Assembly (NCBI GenBank): GCA_030141605.1
Contig: JAQGDQ010000221.1
Span: forward strand, 305,102-369,101
Direction: 5' to 3'
DNA: 64,000 nt
Source: Tubiluchus corallicola
Lineage: Eukaryota; Animalia; Priapulida
Every line of letters begins with the position of its first letter. Positions within the stretch are counted from its first letter, which is position 1. Shown piece by piece: positions 63,594-64,000 of the stretch. The position numbers were made by a program, and so were the translations under genes. The notes under the pieces were generated by a model. It saw nothing but the letters and a program-made list of their open reading frames with translations, was not told the DNA's origin and did not search any database.

Positions 63594-64000
63594 ATTCTAA
63601 CACAAATTGAGGGTGTTTATTAATACTAGTTCTTTCGAAAATTGCGCTGATAAATTTGAATTCTTACGTCTTTACAGCTATGGAATAAGCTGACTGGTTG
63701 GATTTAGACAGATGCATGTACACTCTCGACAAACCAATTATAAGGTCCACTGGCTTTTCTGAGTACGTAGTTCGTAATCACACCGGCAGCCACCACGCCG
63801 TTAATTAAAGAATGTACCAGCTTTGTCTCAAACACCAAGACGACAAGAATAAATTTAACAACTTTATTATAACTCGCAAAGCAACGAGGTTGTAACTAGA
63901 AAGATGAGCGCAACCGGGAAAACAAAGAAGTTGAAAACAAAAGAGCAACTTTGCAAAAGGGGTAAAGTTGATAAAACTAACAACACGCATGTATACTGGC

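Overview
AT-rich (about one third GC by eye), intron-containing animal genomic DNA, probably a non-arthropod invertebrate (inference from gene content, TE types and TTAGGG repeats). There is no prokaryotic content and no CRISPR array. Left to right: (1) a minus-strand signal-peptide + CUB + Ser/Thr-rich gene, head-to-head (about 1 kb) with (2) an intronless divergent ionotropic-receptor (iGluR/IR-like) gene; (3) an 11-exon ceramide kinase (CERK, minus, 11960-43906, 543 aa as spliced by hand); (4) an 11-exon TBC1D22 Rab-GAP (plus, 44479-55666, 504 aa), with only 572 bp between its ATG and the CERK ATG, the same divergent pair found at human 22q13; (5) a truncated Ty3/Gypsy-like gag ORF at the right end. 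Introns and intergenic DNA carry many non-autonomous DNA transposons (piggyBac-, hAT-, Kolobok- and Tigger-like), a 5'-truncated RTE-type LINE with TSD, mini- and microsatellites, and several structured-RNA candidates. All calls come from reading the sequence and recalled family motifs; no searches were run.
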